Position numbers and translations under genes: made by a program
Shown here: positions 38,586-53,180 of the stretch, in pieces
How positions within the stretch are numbered: position 1 is the stretch's first letter
How the letters are laid out: every line of letters starts with the position of its first letter
The notes under the pieces: generated by a model
What the model was told of the DNA's origin: nothing
What the model saw: only the letters and a program-made list of their open reading frames with translations
Database searches by the model: none
Source: Chiloscyllium plagiosum
Lineage: Eukaryota
DNA length: 64,000 nucleotides
Direction: 5' to 3'
NCBI RefSeq assembly: GCF_004010195.1
Contig: NC_057718.1
Location: forward strand, 59,168,838-59,232,837

Positions 38586-41029
38586 GAATGTACGGCTGTC
38601 TCCACAGACTTTTAAAAGAGACTTGGCTTTGAAATGTACTTGGCAGTCCCTGTGTAGAATTTGCTGAAGGTTACAGCAGAAACTGGTATCCAGGTGCTGC
38701 AAAGTTCTAGGGACAGTAACAACAGTCTGGATTGGATTTAAAACCAGCACTCCAGGTGAAATTCTAATTCTAAATTCTAAAATACACTGCCACTGAATTT
38801 CCAAGTGAGAACCAAGTCAACAAAACAGTCTAGATTAAACGTTGAAGTAAACTTTTTTTTTCCCCCTCTCATTGTATCCCTAGATTCTCAGTTATTTTAT
38901 TCTATTCCAACTCCATTTTTATGGAAAGATAAGGCCATCTCAAAGAATGGAAACATCAATCCTGCTCAACATGCTTTTGAGAGATTAAGATGGAAACTGA
39001 CAGTTTTTCCATCCAAGGTGATATAATGCCAGTACTCCATGTAGTTATTTGACCAAAAGTGACAGAAAAAGATACCAACAACTAGAAGTATTTCTAAGTA
39101 TCAGCTGTGACCAGAGTTCGAAAACGCTGCTGGAGGGCTGCACTCGATCTTAATATCCGTAACACAATACAAGTTTTGATACAAAAATCTGTGTTTTGAA
39201 AAGGACTCGAAATTGATATTACATTAGGTACTCACCAGTCAATTACTTCCGCTTCTGAACGTTGACCAGGAAGCAGCAGATGCTGACATTCACATCTGCA
39301 TTCAGCATTATTGATCAATAGCCATGTCACACCAATGTTCACTGAAGATTATCTCACCAGTACTGATTTTAATGTGAGGCAAGTCAACTGAACTTTGCAT
39401 ATTCTACTAAGGGTTTCAGTGCCCCAACTACCCACTCCCAATTCCACACCCCCAAACACACACTACAATTTACCTCCTCTCCCTGATCCACCACACTACA
39501 AAACACCCATCCACCCGCCCCCACCACATGCACAATAAGCCCCTTTTCCTGTGCCCTCAACTCTCTCACACGGTCATCAGTCTCTCTCCTACTACAGAAT
39601 TACAGATACTGTAATTAGTTTGGGGCAGATTAAAGGTTTTTCCATTGAGTTAGCTTTGTTCACTTCAATAATGCAGAGCACATCACAACTTGAGAGAGAA
39701 AGAAAGAGACACACAAAAAGCTTACTGGAGTAATATAACATTGGGCACTTTCCATGCCTCACTAATAGCATGGGGTGCAGTGGTGGAGAAAGGGCCACTT
39801 GGATCAATTATATGTGTTTTAATTACATAACAGCATAAATATATTTAGCACAAAGGCCAGCGAGAAGTTGTCTTTTTCTCTCCTTTGTTCCTTCAAGTTA
39901 ATTTAGTGCCAGTACTTGACAAACTATCTACAGAAATCACCATGAAGGTTCAATAGAGTGTAGAATCTGTAAGTCCTAAACAAAATTCAATATAGGTTGC
40001 TTGGTCTATTATAATCTCCGTTATGCAATGGCCTTGCTGGAAGACTATAAAAAATGCTATTGATTGGTGTAAGGATTATTGTGACTGCATTTGCTTTTCT
40101 CAGCTGGGTGGCCAGCAATTTACCTGACTTTGCCCAGGTTTCTAATATTTCTCCCTGGTCCAGAGATACAAAACTGTGCCTGTTCAGTGAGTAAATCATT
40201 TATGTCTTAATAGGCTTTTCCCAAGCAGTTATATATTTCTTCTTTATAATGACCTGCATGTTGTTTTCAAACTCAATATGCAGTTAAGGACTTCCTTGTA
40301 TTTTTCCCCCTCTCTTCTGGATTTACGTGTAAGTATAATGAATGTAGCTTGTTAATATTATTGTAAGATTTAAACCAAACCTTAATGTGAATGAAACAAA
40401 CTTTGCAATTAGAATTCTTAAAGTTTATTTCAAATGAATAAAATAGCATCCATCCCCTAAGTAACTGCTGTGCTGAAGCTTTGTCTTTCAATACCTTCTT
40501 TGAGTTTTATGACAATAAACTGTTTCATCTACAAGAACAAATTGTTGTGATATTTTCCCCTAAATTATTTGTTAATTCCTATGTTCTTAATTAAATTTGC
40601 AAAGAAAACACCTCCCCCCCGCCAACTTAGTGAGATTGTTGTAGGTAGCAATAGGTAACAGATCAAAAAGATTACACTTTCAATCTCCTGTCTCCGCTGA
40701 GACATCTGGTCTTCCCTGATTTAGCTGCATAAAGCTGAAGTCAACAAAGGTTATTGCAACTGACCAGACTACAGTGACTGGTGCTCAAGCGGTTCTTGTG
40801 ATTGAAATAGAATAAGAAGCAGTGATGTCCTGTGGTTAAATAAATAGAAAAGACTCACATTGAAAGCTTAAACACAAATATCATTGAAATGGTCAAGGTA
40901 TTGACACCAATTAGAAAATTAATGAGAAAATAAAAACAATTCTAAACTATTTTCGAAACAGATAATAGTCACCATGTTAGCTCCTCAATATCACAGGAAT
41001 TTCATTCAAATGTGTAAAACTCTAGCATG

Positions 41030-41302
41030 ATGGGTCATAGCTTTAGGAGAAAGGTATAGAGGAGACGTCAGGGGAAGGTTTTTTATGCAGAGTTATAAAT
41101 GCATGGAATGTGTTGCCAGCGGAGGTGGTGGAAACAGAGTCATTAGGGACATTTAAGCACCTGCCAGACATGCACATGGATAGCAGTTAATTGAGGGGTG
41201 CAGAGGTTAAGTCATTTATTTTACATTAGGATTAATGCTCGGCACAACATCGTGGGCCAAAGGGCCTATTCTGTGTTGTACTTTTCAATGTTCTATGTTC
41301 TA
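41030..41302 (+). mobile_element. CR1 3' end
   Basis: CR1 tail ending in (atgttct)n. Confidence 0.85.
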
Positions 41303-41994
41303 AGGTCATGTTAAGCAATGATAAGATTTGAAAACAGAATAGTTAATCTCATCATATTTATTTTTCACTTGATTGGTTTGTGCTCTGAATTTACTGAATC
41401 TCCTGAGGCTGATTTTCTGGATCCCTTTGCTCTTCAACTGGATGGGCTAGCCTCACGCTTGCCCAATCTTCATATGCCTGGATGTTAGATTTATGTGAAA
41501 AGTCCAATTGTATCCTGGAGCAAGCCAATACCCAGGAAGTAAGGGAAGGACATTTGACCTCCTGCTATATTCAGGAACTTTTAAAATGACAATTAGGACT
41601 GCAGTGAATACTTGACTCAATATCTCCCAAATTCATTAAAATGAAACATTCATCTGTTGTCGGTGATCCCCTGGTTTCAGGAGTGCTGGATTATAAGGCC
41701 GAATGGACAATTTCTTCACAGCGCCTTGCAGTGGGTGCCCCTTTGAGATGGGAACAAATGAGGCATCAGTGTCAACACCTTTCTACCTCATTCAAATGAC
41801 TGACCAGACCAGAATTTATTTGTTTTGCTGCCTCATTAAAGCCTATGAACCCTGAAGCAATGTCAAAGGATTGGAGTTCTGCTGTGAGTGCACTTACACA
41901 CAGAGAGGTCACATTCTGAGTCTGCTGGATCCTTATTGCAAATTATAATTTGATTCAAACATGATGCAATTGCTCTCCTTCACAATATCTCAAA

Positions 41995-42092
41995 CAAATA
42001 AAATGAAAATTGCTGGAGAAACTCAGCAGGTCTGGCAGCGTCTGTGGAGAGAAAACAGACTTAAACTCGAGTCGAAATATCAACTCTTACAG
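41995..42092 (-). mobile_element. Penelope terminal-repeat fragment (second family)
   Basis: tgctggagaaactcagcaggtctggcagcgtctgtggagagaaa is the reverse complement of the 36965-37010 type. Confidence 0.75.
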
Positions 42093-42584
42093 ATTTCCTG
42101 ACACCATAGTTCTTTATTTTATATTATTACAATATCTAAATATTAGGGAAGTCATTGTTTTGGAGCACTGCTTGTCTAAACCATGTGGATGAAATGATTT
42201 GACAGTCTGGCCTTGCCAAACATAGTTTCTGAAAGTATATTAAACATTTTACTGTTAAATGTTTGGGAGGGTAGTTGTTCATAGTTTGTTTTTCTGTTTA
42301 TTTGGGTTGTATTAATTCCTATTGCTTTTCAGAGCTCAATTTTACACAGTAGTACTTTCATGCTTCCTGCAGTTTACAAATGGCTATCCTGACGTTTTTT
42401 TTAATTCATTCATGGAAATTTGAACACTGTTAGCAAGGCGAACACTTAATGCTCATTGCTAATTACACTTGACAAAGTGACAGTGAGCCACTTTCTTAAA
42501 CCTTTGCAGCACTTAAGGCACTTCCACAGAACTGTTCAGTCAGGAATCCAATTTTATACTCCACAGTCTGTACAGTTCTGCTTG

Positions 42585-42812
42585 GGGGCTGGTTTAGCTT
42601 AGTTGGCTGGATAGCTGGTTTGCATTGTAGAGAGACACCAACAGCATAGGTTTATTTCTTGCACCAATTTAAGATACCACGAAGCACTCTTCTTCTCCAA
42701 CTTCTCTCCTCACTTGAGGTCAGATGATCCTCAAGTTCAACCACCACCAGTCATCCCTCTCTAATGAGGCAGGAGCCCTGTGGTCTCATAAGACCACAAT
42801 GACTTTATCCTT
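42585..42812 (+). mobile_element. tRNA-derived SINE (family C)
   Basis: tttagcttagttggctgg tRNA-like head; paralogous to 33875-34347. Confidence 0.75.
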
Positions 42813-43699
42813 ACAGCTCTGTTATCTGCTGAATAAACTGAATGAGCTATAGGGGAAGTTCACATTACGAAGGTTTAATTAAGAATATAGGTAGAACAGA
42901 TGCTTGGGGCAAAATATGGCACTAATTTATTCATGTACGCTAAACAGCTGACTTTAACAAAACTAAAAATGGATATGGAACAATGATGTTTCAAAGTAAC
43001 AGTTACTTAGGACTGGATCTCTTTAATCATTAAAAATAAATATTAAAAATATGAAAACTTAAATACTGCATGTTGTTGCCAGCTGCTATTTTAATTGCAG
43101 CAACTAAATAGCTCAGCTCAAATTTCTCTAGGGATTTCAGTACCTTTGAGATCCCCAAAGGAATTCCCACAAAGAGGCCAGAAAACAAAATATGATTTAG
43201 GCATTCTGCACAGATCTGCCCTTACTTAGAAAGGCAGATCAACAGGCCTAAGTCTGGCCAAAGTACAGGCTGGACATCAGACCTAGCCTGCAGGGAAATA
43301 AGCACAGAAAACAAACAAAGCAACTGATAAAAAATAGATCCCTCCTCTTGATTGCTTTTTTTAAAAAGCACAAAATGGCTTATGATCCAATTGTCAGAAG
43401 TACCTTAATAAACCCTCCATCCCAGCATGCACATCCTTGTAGTCCTGCTATTTTGTATCCTGTGCTGCAAACTTCAGAATCTCAAAAATGTAGTTTGCAA
43501 TCATGGTACAAGATGAATAGTGGTTGCTAAGAATGGGAGCAAACTCTTAACTCAGGATTCAAGATAGAATTGGTGCTCGGGGTGCACTTCACTCGGCCAT
43601 CCATGAGCACCCTGTGACCATTTTAAAATCACTGCTGGTAGTTTTAAATTTTACATCACTATCTCTCCTTTTTTGTCATTAGCACTCGCTTTGTCTTTT

Positions 43700-46600
43700 C
43701 CTCTGGGCACTCTCAAAATCTGTTCTATTTGATTCCTTCTCCTCCACCATCAGCAGCATTAAAACTTTTATTTTCTAGTGGAGAGATTTTTTCCCAGATT
43801 CCAACTGATGCCATTTTAGTTGGGGCTCCTTGATACCATACACAGTCAATCACAACCTTGATATCTCGGACAATCACTCTCAACTCACCTCTGGAGTTCA
43901 GGTCCATTATCCAGGTTTGAACGAAAGCTGCAAAGGGGCAAAGGTTGAGTGGCCTTGATGGAACCAGTGTCAGTGTAAGTCAGCAGGTTATTACTGTACA
44001 AGTGCCACATAATAGCACTGCCAATAGCCTCTTTCATCACTTAGAAGATCCGACTGGACTGACAAGATGATAATTGGCTGGGTAAAATTTGCTCGTCTTT
44101 GCCTACAGAGCATATTTGGGCAATTTCCCATAATGCCAGCGTTATAACTCTACTAGAACATCAAGGGCATGAGTGGCTCTGGAGCACATGTCTTCAGTAC
44201 GACTGTTGGAAAGTTGTGAGGACCCCCAGCCTTTGCAGTAGCCAATGCCTTCAGCTATTTCTTAACACCATGTGGAATGAAACAAAATGGTTGAAGACTA
44301 ACATTTGGGATGGTGGAGGCCTCACAGTGGATTATCCACTTGCCAACTCTGGCTGATGATTGTTGGAAATTACTCCACTTTGACTTTGGCATTGACATGC
44401 TAGGCTCCTCTATCAGTGAGGATGGGGATATTTGTGGAGCTTCTTCTTCCTGTCGGTTGCTTAAATGTTTACCACCATTCATGAACGGTTGTGGCAGGAC
44501 CGCAGAGTTTAGATCTGATCCGTTAATTTCGGGATCACTCTGTCCACTGAATGCTGCTGACATGGTTTGGTATACAATCAAACCTGTGTTGTAGTTGCAC
44601 CAGATTGAAGCCTCATTTGTAGGCACATAAGTATTTAAGGTGCTACTCATGGCATGTGTAGCTGCACTCTTCATTTAATAAGGTTTATCTCCCAGTTTGA
44701 AGGTGATAGTAGAATATGTAAAGCCTTGAGGTTACACATTACTTTTCAATATAACTCTGTTGCTGTTGATGGCCCATAGCATCTTATCAATGCCCAATTT
44801 GAATTGCTAGATCTATTCAAAGGTTTCCCATTTCACATGTTGGTAATTTAGATTTTATTATCACATACTCAAGTACAGAAGTACAGTGAAAAGTATATAA
44901 TGTTTCCACACACAGTGCCATCTTGGGTACAAAGGTACCAAGTACAAAAATCTTAGGTACAAAATGGTAAGAGAAATAGAGTTTAAAAATTAGGCATTAC
45001 CTTCATAAAGTAGAAAAATAAAGAAATAAGGTAATAGTCAACATTAATTTAAACTAGAAAATAAAGGAATAAAGTTAAAAGCACAACAGTTTTTAATGAT
45101 TCCTCCTTTTAGCTCACTCTCCAAGAGACCTCAGCCACCTGCTCTCATTGCCGTGGGTACCAGGGACCATGCTCACCACTTGCTCTTCCTGTTTTGGGCC
45201 GCAATGCCATCTGCTGAAACTGTTGCCTCCCCAAAACTCCCCCTGCCGCACAATATGATGGAAAGTATCATCAATGTGAAGACAGGGCTTTGTCTCCACG
45301 AGGCCTATGCAGTTATCACTCCTATCCACAGTTCACAGACCGTGCATGTGTCAGGTAGCTTGGTGACGATAAGGTCAAGTGCCAAGGAAGGCGGAAGCGA
45401 CATGTTGGGTAGATTTTGCATTGATTACGGTGGTGGTGGATCTAGTGGCAGTTGAATCAACAGTGGATCTTGCAGCAGTTGTGGAGTGGTTGTCCTGGCA
45501 GCAATCATGGAGGCGGTTGTCATGATAGCAGTGGAAGTGATGTGCAGAGTAGACATCGGGTATGTCCATCTTCCGCAGCTACACCAGCGCTACTCCCCAC
45601 CTTTTCCTCTGCTACATTGGTGACTGTATCAGCGCCATCTCATGCTCCCACAAGGAGTTCATCAGCTCCACGAACACCTTCTACCCCGACATCAAGTTCA
45701 CCTGGACCATCTCGGACACCTCCCCCCCCCCATCTCGACCTCTCCATCTCCATTTCCGGTGACCCATTCAACACAAACATCTACTACAAACCCACCTACT
45801 CTCACAGCTACCTTGACTATACGTCTTCCCTACCTCCTGTTAAAACGCTATCCCTTAATCCTAAATCCTCCGCCTCCACAGTATCTGCTCCCAGGAGGAC
45901 CGATTCCACCACAGAGCATCCCAGGTGGCTTCCTTCTTCAAAGACTGTAATTTTCCCTCCCATGTGGTCAACGATGCCCTCCAGCTTATCTCCACCACTT
46001 CCCGGACCTCCGCCCATGAGCCCCACCCTTCCAATTGCAACAAGGACAGAATACCACTAGTCCTCTCCTTCCACCAACTTCTAGATACACCGCATCATCC
46101 TCTGCCATTTCTAGTACCTACAAACAGACCCCCACGCCAGGGATATATTTCATTCCCCACCTTATCTGCATTCTGGATAGACCATTCCCTCTGCAACTCC
46201 CTTGTCAGGTCGACACCCCCACCAACCGACCTTCCACTCCTGGCACCATACCCTGCCACCACAAACTTTGCCCACACCTCCCCCCTCATTACATCCAAGA
46301 ATCCTTCCACATCCAACAGAGACTTACCTGTACTTCCACATTCATCATCTACTGTGTCCGTTGCTCTCGATGTGGTCTCCTCTATATTGGGGAGACAGGA
46401 TACCAACTTGCGGAACATTTCAGAGAACATCTCCGGGACACATGCACCAAACAACCGCACCGTCCTGTGGCTGAACACTAACTCCCCCTCCCACTCTGCC
46501 AAATACATGCAAGTCCTGGGCCTCCTCCACCTCTACACTCTAGCCACCCAACATCTGGAGGAAGAACACCTCATCTTCCACCTTGAAACCCTCCAACCAC

Positions 46601-47140
46601 ACAGGATCAATGTGAATTTCACCAGTTTCCTCATTTCCCCTCCCTCCACCTTATCCCAGATCCAACCTTCCAACTCGACACCACACTCTTGAACTGTTCT
46701 ACCTGTCCATCTTCCTTCCCACCTATCCACTCCACCCTCCCCTCCAACCTATCATCTTCACCCCCACCTTCATCTATCTATCGCATCTTAACCGCCTTCC
46801 CCCCAGCCCCAACTGCCTCCCATTTGTCTCTCAGCCCCCTTGGCCACCACCACCCCTCCCCCCGGCCCATTCCTGATGAAGGGCTTATGCTCGAAGCATC
46901 GAATCTCCAGTTCCTTGGATGCTGCCTAGCTGGTTGTGTTTTTACAGCACCATACTCTTCAATGACGACAAGGTCAAGTAAGTTTTTCCCATCACCGTAA
47001 GTGGTAATCAGCTGGAGATTTCGTTGTTATATTTGACCTGATGTCTTGAAACTTCACGAGGTCTAAGGCAACCCCTTGATGATCCTAGACCTCTGGGAGA
47101 CGTATAACCAGCTATGTCACTGCTTCAAGTGGCACTGCCC
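43700..47140 (-). mobile_element. Second LINE family copy, interrupted at about 44848-45240 (another LINE tail) and 45381-46962 (Penelope)
   Basis: ORF 43725..43907 LNSRGELRVIVRDIKVVIDCVWYQGA; 43860-44560 is colinear with 1990-2370 joined to 4527-4850. Confidence 0.7.
45381..46962 (+). mobile_element. Second Penelope-like (Neptune-type) element, truncated, with an apparent inverted 5' segment (45381-45560)
   Basis: RT C-terminus (YKPTYSHSYLDY), IIYCVRCSRCGLLYIGETG..HFREH, hammerhead-like motif at about 46869-46905; 17-bp TSD tgacga(t/c)aaggtcaagt at 45364-45380 and 46963-46979. Confidence 0.92.
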
Positions 47141-49081
47141 ATAAGAGGGAACTGTTTGCCTCATGTTGCTTGGCAGTTCATGGAACTGGAAGGAATTTCC
47201 CCGCTCCAACTCCACATACGGATGTTTTAAATCTCAGGAAAGACCTACAGCAAAGTGTTAGCACTTAACAGTGGGCCTTCCCCACTAGACGTGTCTAAAG
47301 GCTTTCATCAGTCTCCAAAGGGTGGCAAGATGTGGGCTGCCTGGATTAAATTCTGTCTAGTGAACTTGCCATACAACATAGACATAGACTTGGCACAGGT
47401 CCTCAACAACACAAGCATTTTACAAATGCATTATGCCACTCAAGGTGCTCCTGGCATTGGTGCTCAATAATGGGCAAGGGCACAACATCCACTACTCAAT
47501 TCAAACGTAGATGCCTAACTGTAAGACAATAGACATATTATAGTTTGTTCATTTTCATTGCTAATTAGCATTAATTGGTGCAGCTAGTCAAGTGGCAACA
47601 TTGGGCAGTAAAGCTATATTGAGTGCACGTGACATGCTCAATATCACTTCAGTCCAATAACTTTGGCTTGGAGTGTCTCTATAGTATTTTATACTAAAGC
47701 GTACTGGCACACAATTAGCTTCAGTTCACAGATATTTTAACTGAATGACACTTTATCAGGGGCACTCTGTCATGTCATGCAAAAGTCATTATTTCTTCCG
47801 TTCCTATTCCGATTCATAATACCAAATGGGAGTTTGACAATGTTGAATGAAAAATGCTTATTTCCAGAGTCGCTGCATTTCAAAAAGCACTTAGCAGTAA
47901 ACTTGAAAACTATTCCTAATATACATCATAATTTAAAGTAATATTGTACAATAAGGGAAAAAAGTCGCAATTAGAAAAATTGAGGATATTTAAATATGTC
48001 GAACTGAACTGGTCTGCAGTAACAATCAGAATCACATGCTCCTTTTCTCATATTAAGGTTGCATTTTCTGAAGTCAGAGAGACTCCACTGATTTTTAAAA
48101 ACAGCAGTGATTTTGGGATTCACAGAATCCACAGGATAAGGACGTGGGCTGTGCAGACCACGAATGTGTACCTTGCATTCAGCATTGCTGACCCTGCTGC
48201 AGTTTCATGCGTTCACATCAGCTTTGAGGGGTTATAGTTCACAGTTCCTGGAAGGTGTCCTGATAAGGGAAAATTTTGATCGGGAAATCTAAAAGATGTT
48301 ACCCAATCCCTCTACTAAACTAAGGTCCTCCACTCACTCCCATTGGCCCATATATACTTCATGCCAACTTATGGCATTCTATACTCTTTCACCCAGTATT
48401 GACTTTATACAGAACCAGTGAACTGTAGAACAACAATCGCATGTGTGATAAAGCTTGAAAAAATTAAAATCATAATTTCCTACTTTCTTGACAAAAGTCT
48501 TTAACTCGACGTCCGTTAAAGTTTCAAAAATACAATCATTCAAACTTTCAATAGCAGAAACTAAAAGTACTTGACACCTCTTTATCTTGTGTAAACAAAC
48601 ATATGATTGATCAGAAAAAAAGTTGTCAATCATTCAATGTTTTCAGTTGGACACAACTATTTCAATAATGTATTAGATGGCTGGATTCTCAGATGAATGC
48701 TTTGAGGTTTGGCTGAATGTAGACATCCATTAGTCTGCTGAAAGAGCTGCATCCAAGGGAAAATACTGCTTGCTTGACAGCTCTTTCTCTGTGATCTATT
48801 CTATCAATTGGACAATTGAGCATTTCTTAGATGTTTAGTTTTTTAAAAAACTTTTAGTTTTCCTAAATGTGACATCAGTTGTATTCAGGACATTTACGAG
48901 TCATCAAGAGGGCATCCATAACAAAATTAACATTTCTGATCAAGTATTAATTCGGTTTCTCTCCACAGATGCTGCCAAATGTACTGAATATTTCTCGTTT
49001 TTTTTAAAAATATTGGGGATTTCCAGCATCTGCATAACAAATATACAAATCAAGAGTAAGGGTTGGACAACCAATACCTCA

Positions 49082-49204
49082 TGAAGGGCTTTTGCCCGAA
49101 ACGTCGATTTTGCTGCTCATCGGATGCTGCCTGAATTGCTGTGCTCTTCCAGCACCACTGATCCAGAATCTGGTTTCCAGCATCTGCAGTCATTGTTTTT
49201 ACCT
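49082..49204 (+). mobile_element. Young Penelope solo terminal repeat, truncated inside the hammerhead core
   Basis: tgaagggcttttgcccgaaacgtcg...; TSD caatacctca at 49072-49081 and 49208-49217. Confidence 0.9.
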
Positions 49205-49224
49205 AATCAATACCTCAAGTCTAT

Positions 49225-49560
49225 TCCACTATTTAATAAGATCATGGCTGACCTGATAAATCCACATTTCTGCCCTTATTTATAACAATCTACTGATCTA
49301 CTCCTAAAAATGCTCAAAGACTCTGCTTCCACCATCTTTCAAGAAAGAAAGCTCCAAACACTCATGATCATCTAAGAGAAAAAAAAAGTTCTCCTTAGTT
49401 CTTAAACATGGAAATCCTTATTATAAACAGTCATCTGTAAATCTACATTCTATCACAAGAGAAAACATCCTGCTGACATTTCTCTGTCAAGATCCCTCAG
49501 GTTTTTAATTGTTTCAATTATCATCTCTTGCTTTTCTAAACTCAAGCACATACAAGTGTT
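49225..49560 (-). mobile_element. Old CR1 3' fragment
   Basis: aataagatcatggctga tail motif. Confidence 0.65.
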
Positions 49561-50099
49561 TTGTTTTTGCATATTCATAGGGAGCAGTTTTACTTGGAGA
49601 TACCAAAATGCCATATTCTAATAAGAAATTGTACATAATTTACTTTATAAGGCAGGACAGAATAGGCTGTTCCTCTTTTGCTTTTCTTTATGAATCCAAA
49701 ATTTCCCAACATTTTTGAAAAAAAAAACTAATTGCCTGCAAAACTCTATCTATAATCTGATATTCCATGACTACTCCCATTTTACTCAATAATTCCAAGA
49801 GTTCCCTCGTGCAACAAGGTAGGAAACTCTACAACAGCTACGTTAACACTGGGATCTGACTTGTCTGTTAATGTCAAAAGATTGGATAACAAACTGAAAC
49901 CGGGCTTGATAGACCATGTTTTGATTTCATGAAGTGATCACTCACTGAAACATAAAGCAGAATCTTCGGCATTGCATTAACAATAAAACAGATTAACAAA
50001 AGGAATCAAGAGAAGACTGAATAAACCAGACTATCGACATACAATGATGCTTAACCACATAGCAGAAGGAACTCTACATTAATCCCAAATACTCAGAAG

Positions 50100-53000
50100 C
50101 ATAGAGTCACAGAGCACAGAAAATTTCCCAAACTGAACTAATCTCATTTGCCTATGTTTGGCCCATATGCCTCTAAACCTTTTCTATTCATATACCTGCC
50201 CACATGTTGTAATTTTATTTGCTTTTACCACTTCCTCTAGCAATTCATTCCATATACACAGCATCTTAGGCTTGAAAAGTTGCCCCTTTTAATCTTTCCC
50301 TGCTCACCTTAAACCTGTGCCCTCTAGTTTTGGACTCTCCCAGCCTGGGGAAAAGACTTGGCTATTCACCTTATCTATGCCCCTCATGATTCTATAAACT
50401 TCTATAAAGTCACGCCTCAACCACCTACTCTCTAGTGAAAAAGGTCACAGCCTATCAGGTTGTCCTTTTAAATCAAACCCTCCACTCCTAGCAACATAGT
50501 TGTAAATCTTTTCTAAACCCTCTCCAGTTTAATGACATCCGTCCAAAGGAGGGCTACCAGTACTTCAATGTCTTGTACAGATGCAACTTGATGTCCCAAC
50601 TCCTTTACTCAATCCTCTGACCAATGAAGGCAAACTTGCCAAACGCCTTGTTTACCGCCGTCTACATGTGACATTACTTTCAAGCAACTACGTATCTAAA
50701 TCCCTTTTCTCTCTTTTCAGCAACACTCACCCAAGTCCCTACTGTTAATTGTGTAAGTCCTGCCCTGGGTTGTCTTCCCAAGATGCAACATTTATCGAAA
50801 TAAAGCTCCATCTGCCATTCCTCAGCCCATTGGCGCAGATGATCAAGATTTTGTTGTACTCTTCTTCACTGTCCACTATACCACAATTTACTATCCACAA
50901 ACTTGCTAACCATGCCTCTGAAATTTTCATCCAAATCATTTAAATGAATGAAAAACTTCAGTAGACCCAGCACTGATCCTTGTGGCACACTGCTAGTCAC
51001 AGGCCTCCAATCCTAAAAACTACCCTCTACCACCACCCTTTGTCTCCTGCCGTCAAGCCAATTTTGTATCCAATTGGCTAGGTCTCCCTGAATCCCATGT
51101 GACCTAACCTTACTAACTCGTCTACCAAGCGGAACCTTGTCAAGGGCCTTACTGAAGTCCACATAGATAACATCTACCGCTCTGCCTTCATCTGTCTTCT
51201 TAGTCACCTCTTCGAAAAACTCAACTTAATTTTGTGAGACACTGTTCCCCATGCACAAAGCCACACTGACTTTCCTTAATCAATCCTTGCCTTTCCAAAT
51301 GTAAATCCTGTCTCTCAGAATCCCCTCCAACAACTTACCCAACACTGATGTAAGGCTTACTGGTCTATAGGATTTACCTTGCAGCCTTTTTTAAATAAAG
51401 GCACATTAGCCACCCTGCAGTCTTCCGGAACCTCACCAGTGGCTGTCGATGATTCACATCTCTCTGCTGGGGCCCCGCAATCTCTTCCCTAGCTTCCCAA
51501 AAAGTGTTGAAATACAGCTGATCAAATCCCATGGATTTATCTAACTTCATGCATTTTAAGAGCTCCATCACTTTCTCTTCTGTAATGTGGACTCTTTAAA
51601 GATATTGCTATTTATTTCTCCAAATTCACTAACTTCCATGTCCTTCTCCACAGTAAATACTGATGCAAAATATTCATTTAGTATCTCACCCATCTCCAAT
51701 GGTTCCATGCATAGATGGCCTTGTTGATCTTTATGGGGCCCTGTTCTTTCACTAGTTACCCTTTTGCCCTTAAAAGTACTTGTAGAATCTCTTTGGATTC
51801 TCCTTAACCTTATTTGCCAAAGCTATCCCATGACTCCTTTTTGCCCTCCTAATCTCCTTCTTAAGTGTACTTGTCCTACTCCCCGTGCACTCCTCAAGGG
51901 GGTCACTTGATCACGGCTGCCTGTACCTTTAAGAACATAAGACACAGAAGCAGAAATTAGGCCATTCAGTCCATCGATTCTGCTCCACCACTCAATCGTG
52001 GCTGATAAGTTTCTCAACCCCATTCTCCTGCTCTCTCCCTGTAATCCTTGATCCCCTTGGTACTCAAGAACCCATCTATCTCAATCTTAGATATACTCAA
52101 TGACCTGGCCTCCACAGCCCTCTATGACAATGAATTCCATAATTTCACCACTCTCTGGCTGAAGAAGTTTCTCCTTATCTCAATTCTAAAAGGTCTTCCC
52201 TTTACCGTAAGAGTACCTGACATATGTCGTCTTCTTTTTCTTGACCAGAGACTCAACATCTCTCATTATCCAGTGTTCCCTACTCCTGTCAGGTTTGCCT
52301 TCACACTAACAGGAATACTCTGTCCCTGAACACTCCTGACCTTGCCTCTTAAACAGCCTCCCCAATCCTGATGAGGAGCTTTTGCCCAAAATGTCAATTC
52401 TCCTGCTCCTCAGATGCTGCCTGACCTGCTGTGCTTTTCCAGCACTATACTCTCAACTCTGATCTCCAGCATCTGCAGACCTCACTTTCCTCCTTTTAAG
52501 AGTTCCTGTGTATTAGCATCGAAAATGGCCTTTTAGAACTTTAATGTTGAGACCAGACCTATTGTTTTCTATAACTATTTTAAAACTAACAGAATTATGG
52601 TGACTGTCCTGAAGCACTCTCCCACTAGGACCTCAATCACTTGCCCTGCCTTATTTCCCAAGAGGATGTCAGGTTTTGCTATTTCTCTATTAGGTACATC
52701 TACATATTGGAAAAGAAAATTTGCTCGAACACGCTTAAGAGATTCCTCGCCATCCAAGCCCTTAACACTATGACAGTCCCAGTCTCTGTTTGGAAGTCAA
52801 AATCCCCTATCATTACATAGAAATCATAGAATCCCCAAAGTGTGGAAGCAGGCTATTCAGCCCAGAGTCCACACCGACCTTCCGAAGAACATTCTACCCA
52901 GACCCACCCTTATAACCTTGCAATTCCCATGGATAACCCACCCAGCCTGCAAATCTCTGGACACTATGGGCAAGTTGACATGGCCAATCCAAATAAGTTG

Positions 53001-53180
53001 GACATCTTTGGACCAAGAGAGGAAACAGAAGCAGCAGGAAGAAACCCATGCAGACATGGGGAAAATGCACAAACACCATGCAGACAATTGCCTGAGGATG
53101 GAATCAAACCTGGGTCCCTGGTGCTGTAACTACCATCCATTACAACCCTATTATTCTTACAGACATGAGATCTCCTACAT
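50100..53180 (-). mobile_element. Long decayed CR1 LINE with nested CR1 tail (about 51930-52211), Penelope repeat (52366-52493) and V-SINE (52818-53136)
   Basis: ORF 51013..51207 DEGRAVDVIYVDFSKALDKVP; colinear with 29530-31880; gtacct flanks the nested CR1 tail. Confidence 0.92.
52818..53136 (-). mobile_element. HE1-type V-SINE
   Basis: Reverse-complement V-domain and tail; cattaca on both sides. Confidence 0.85.
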
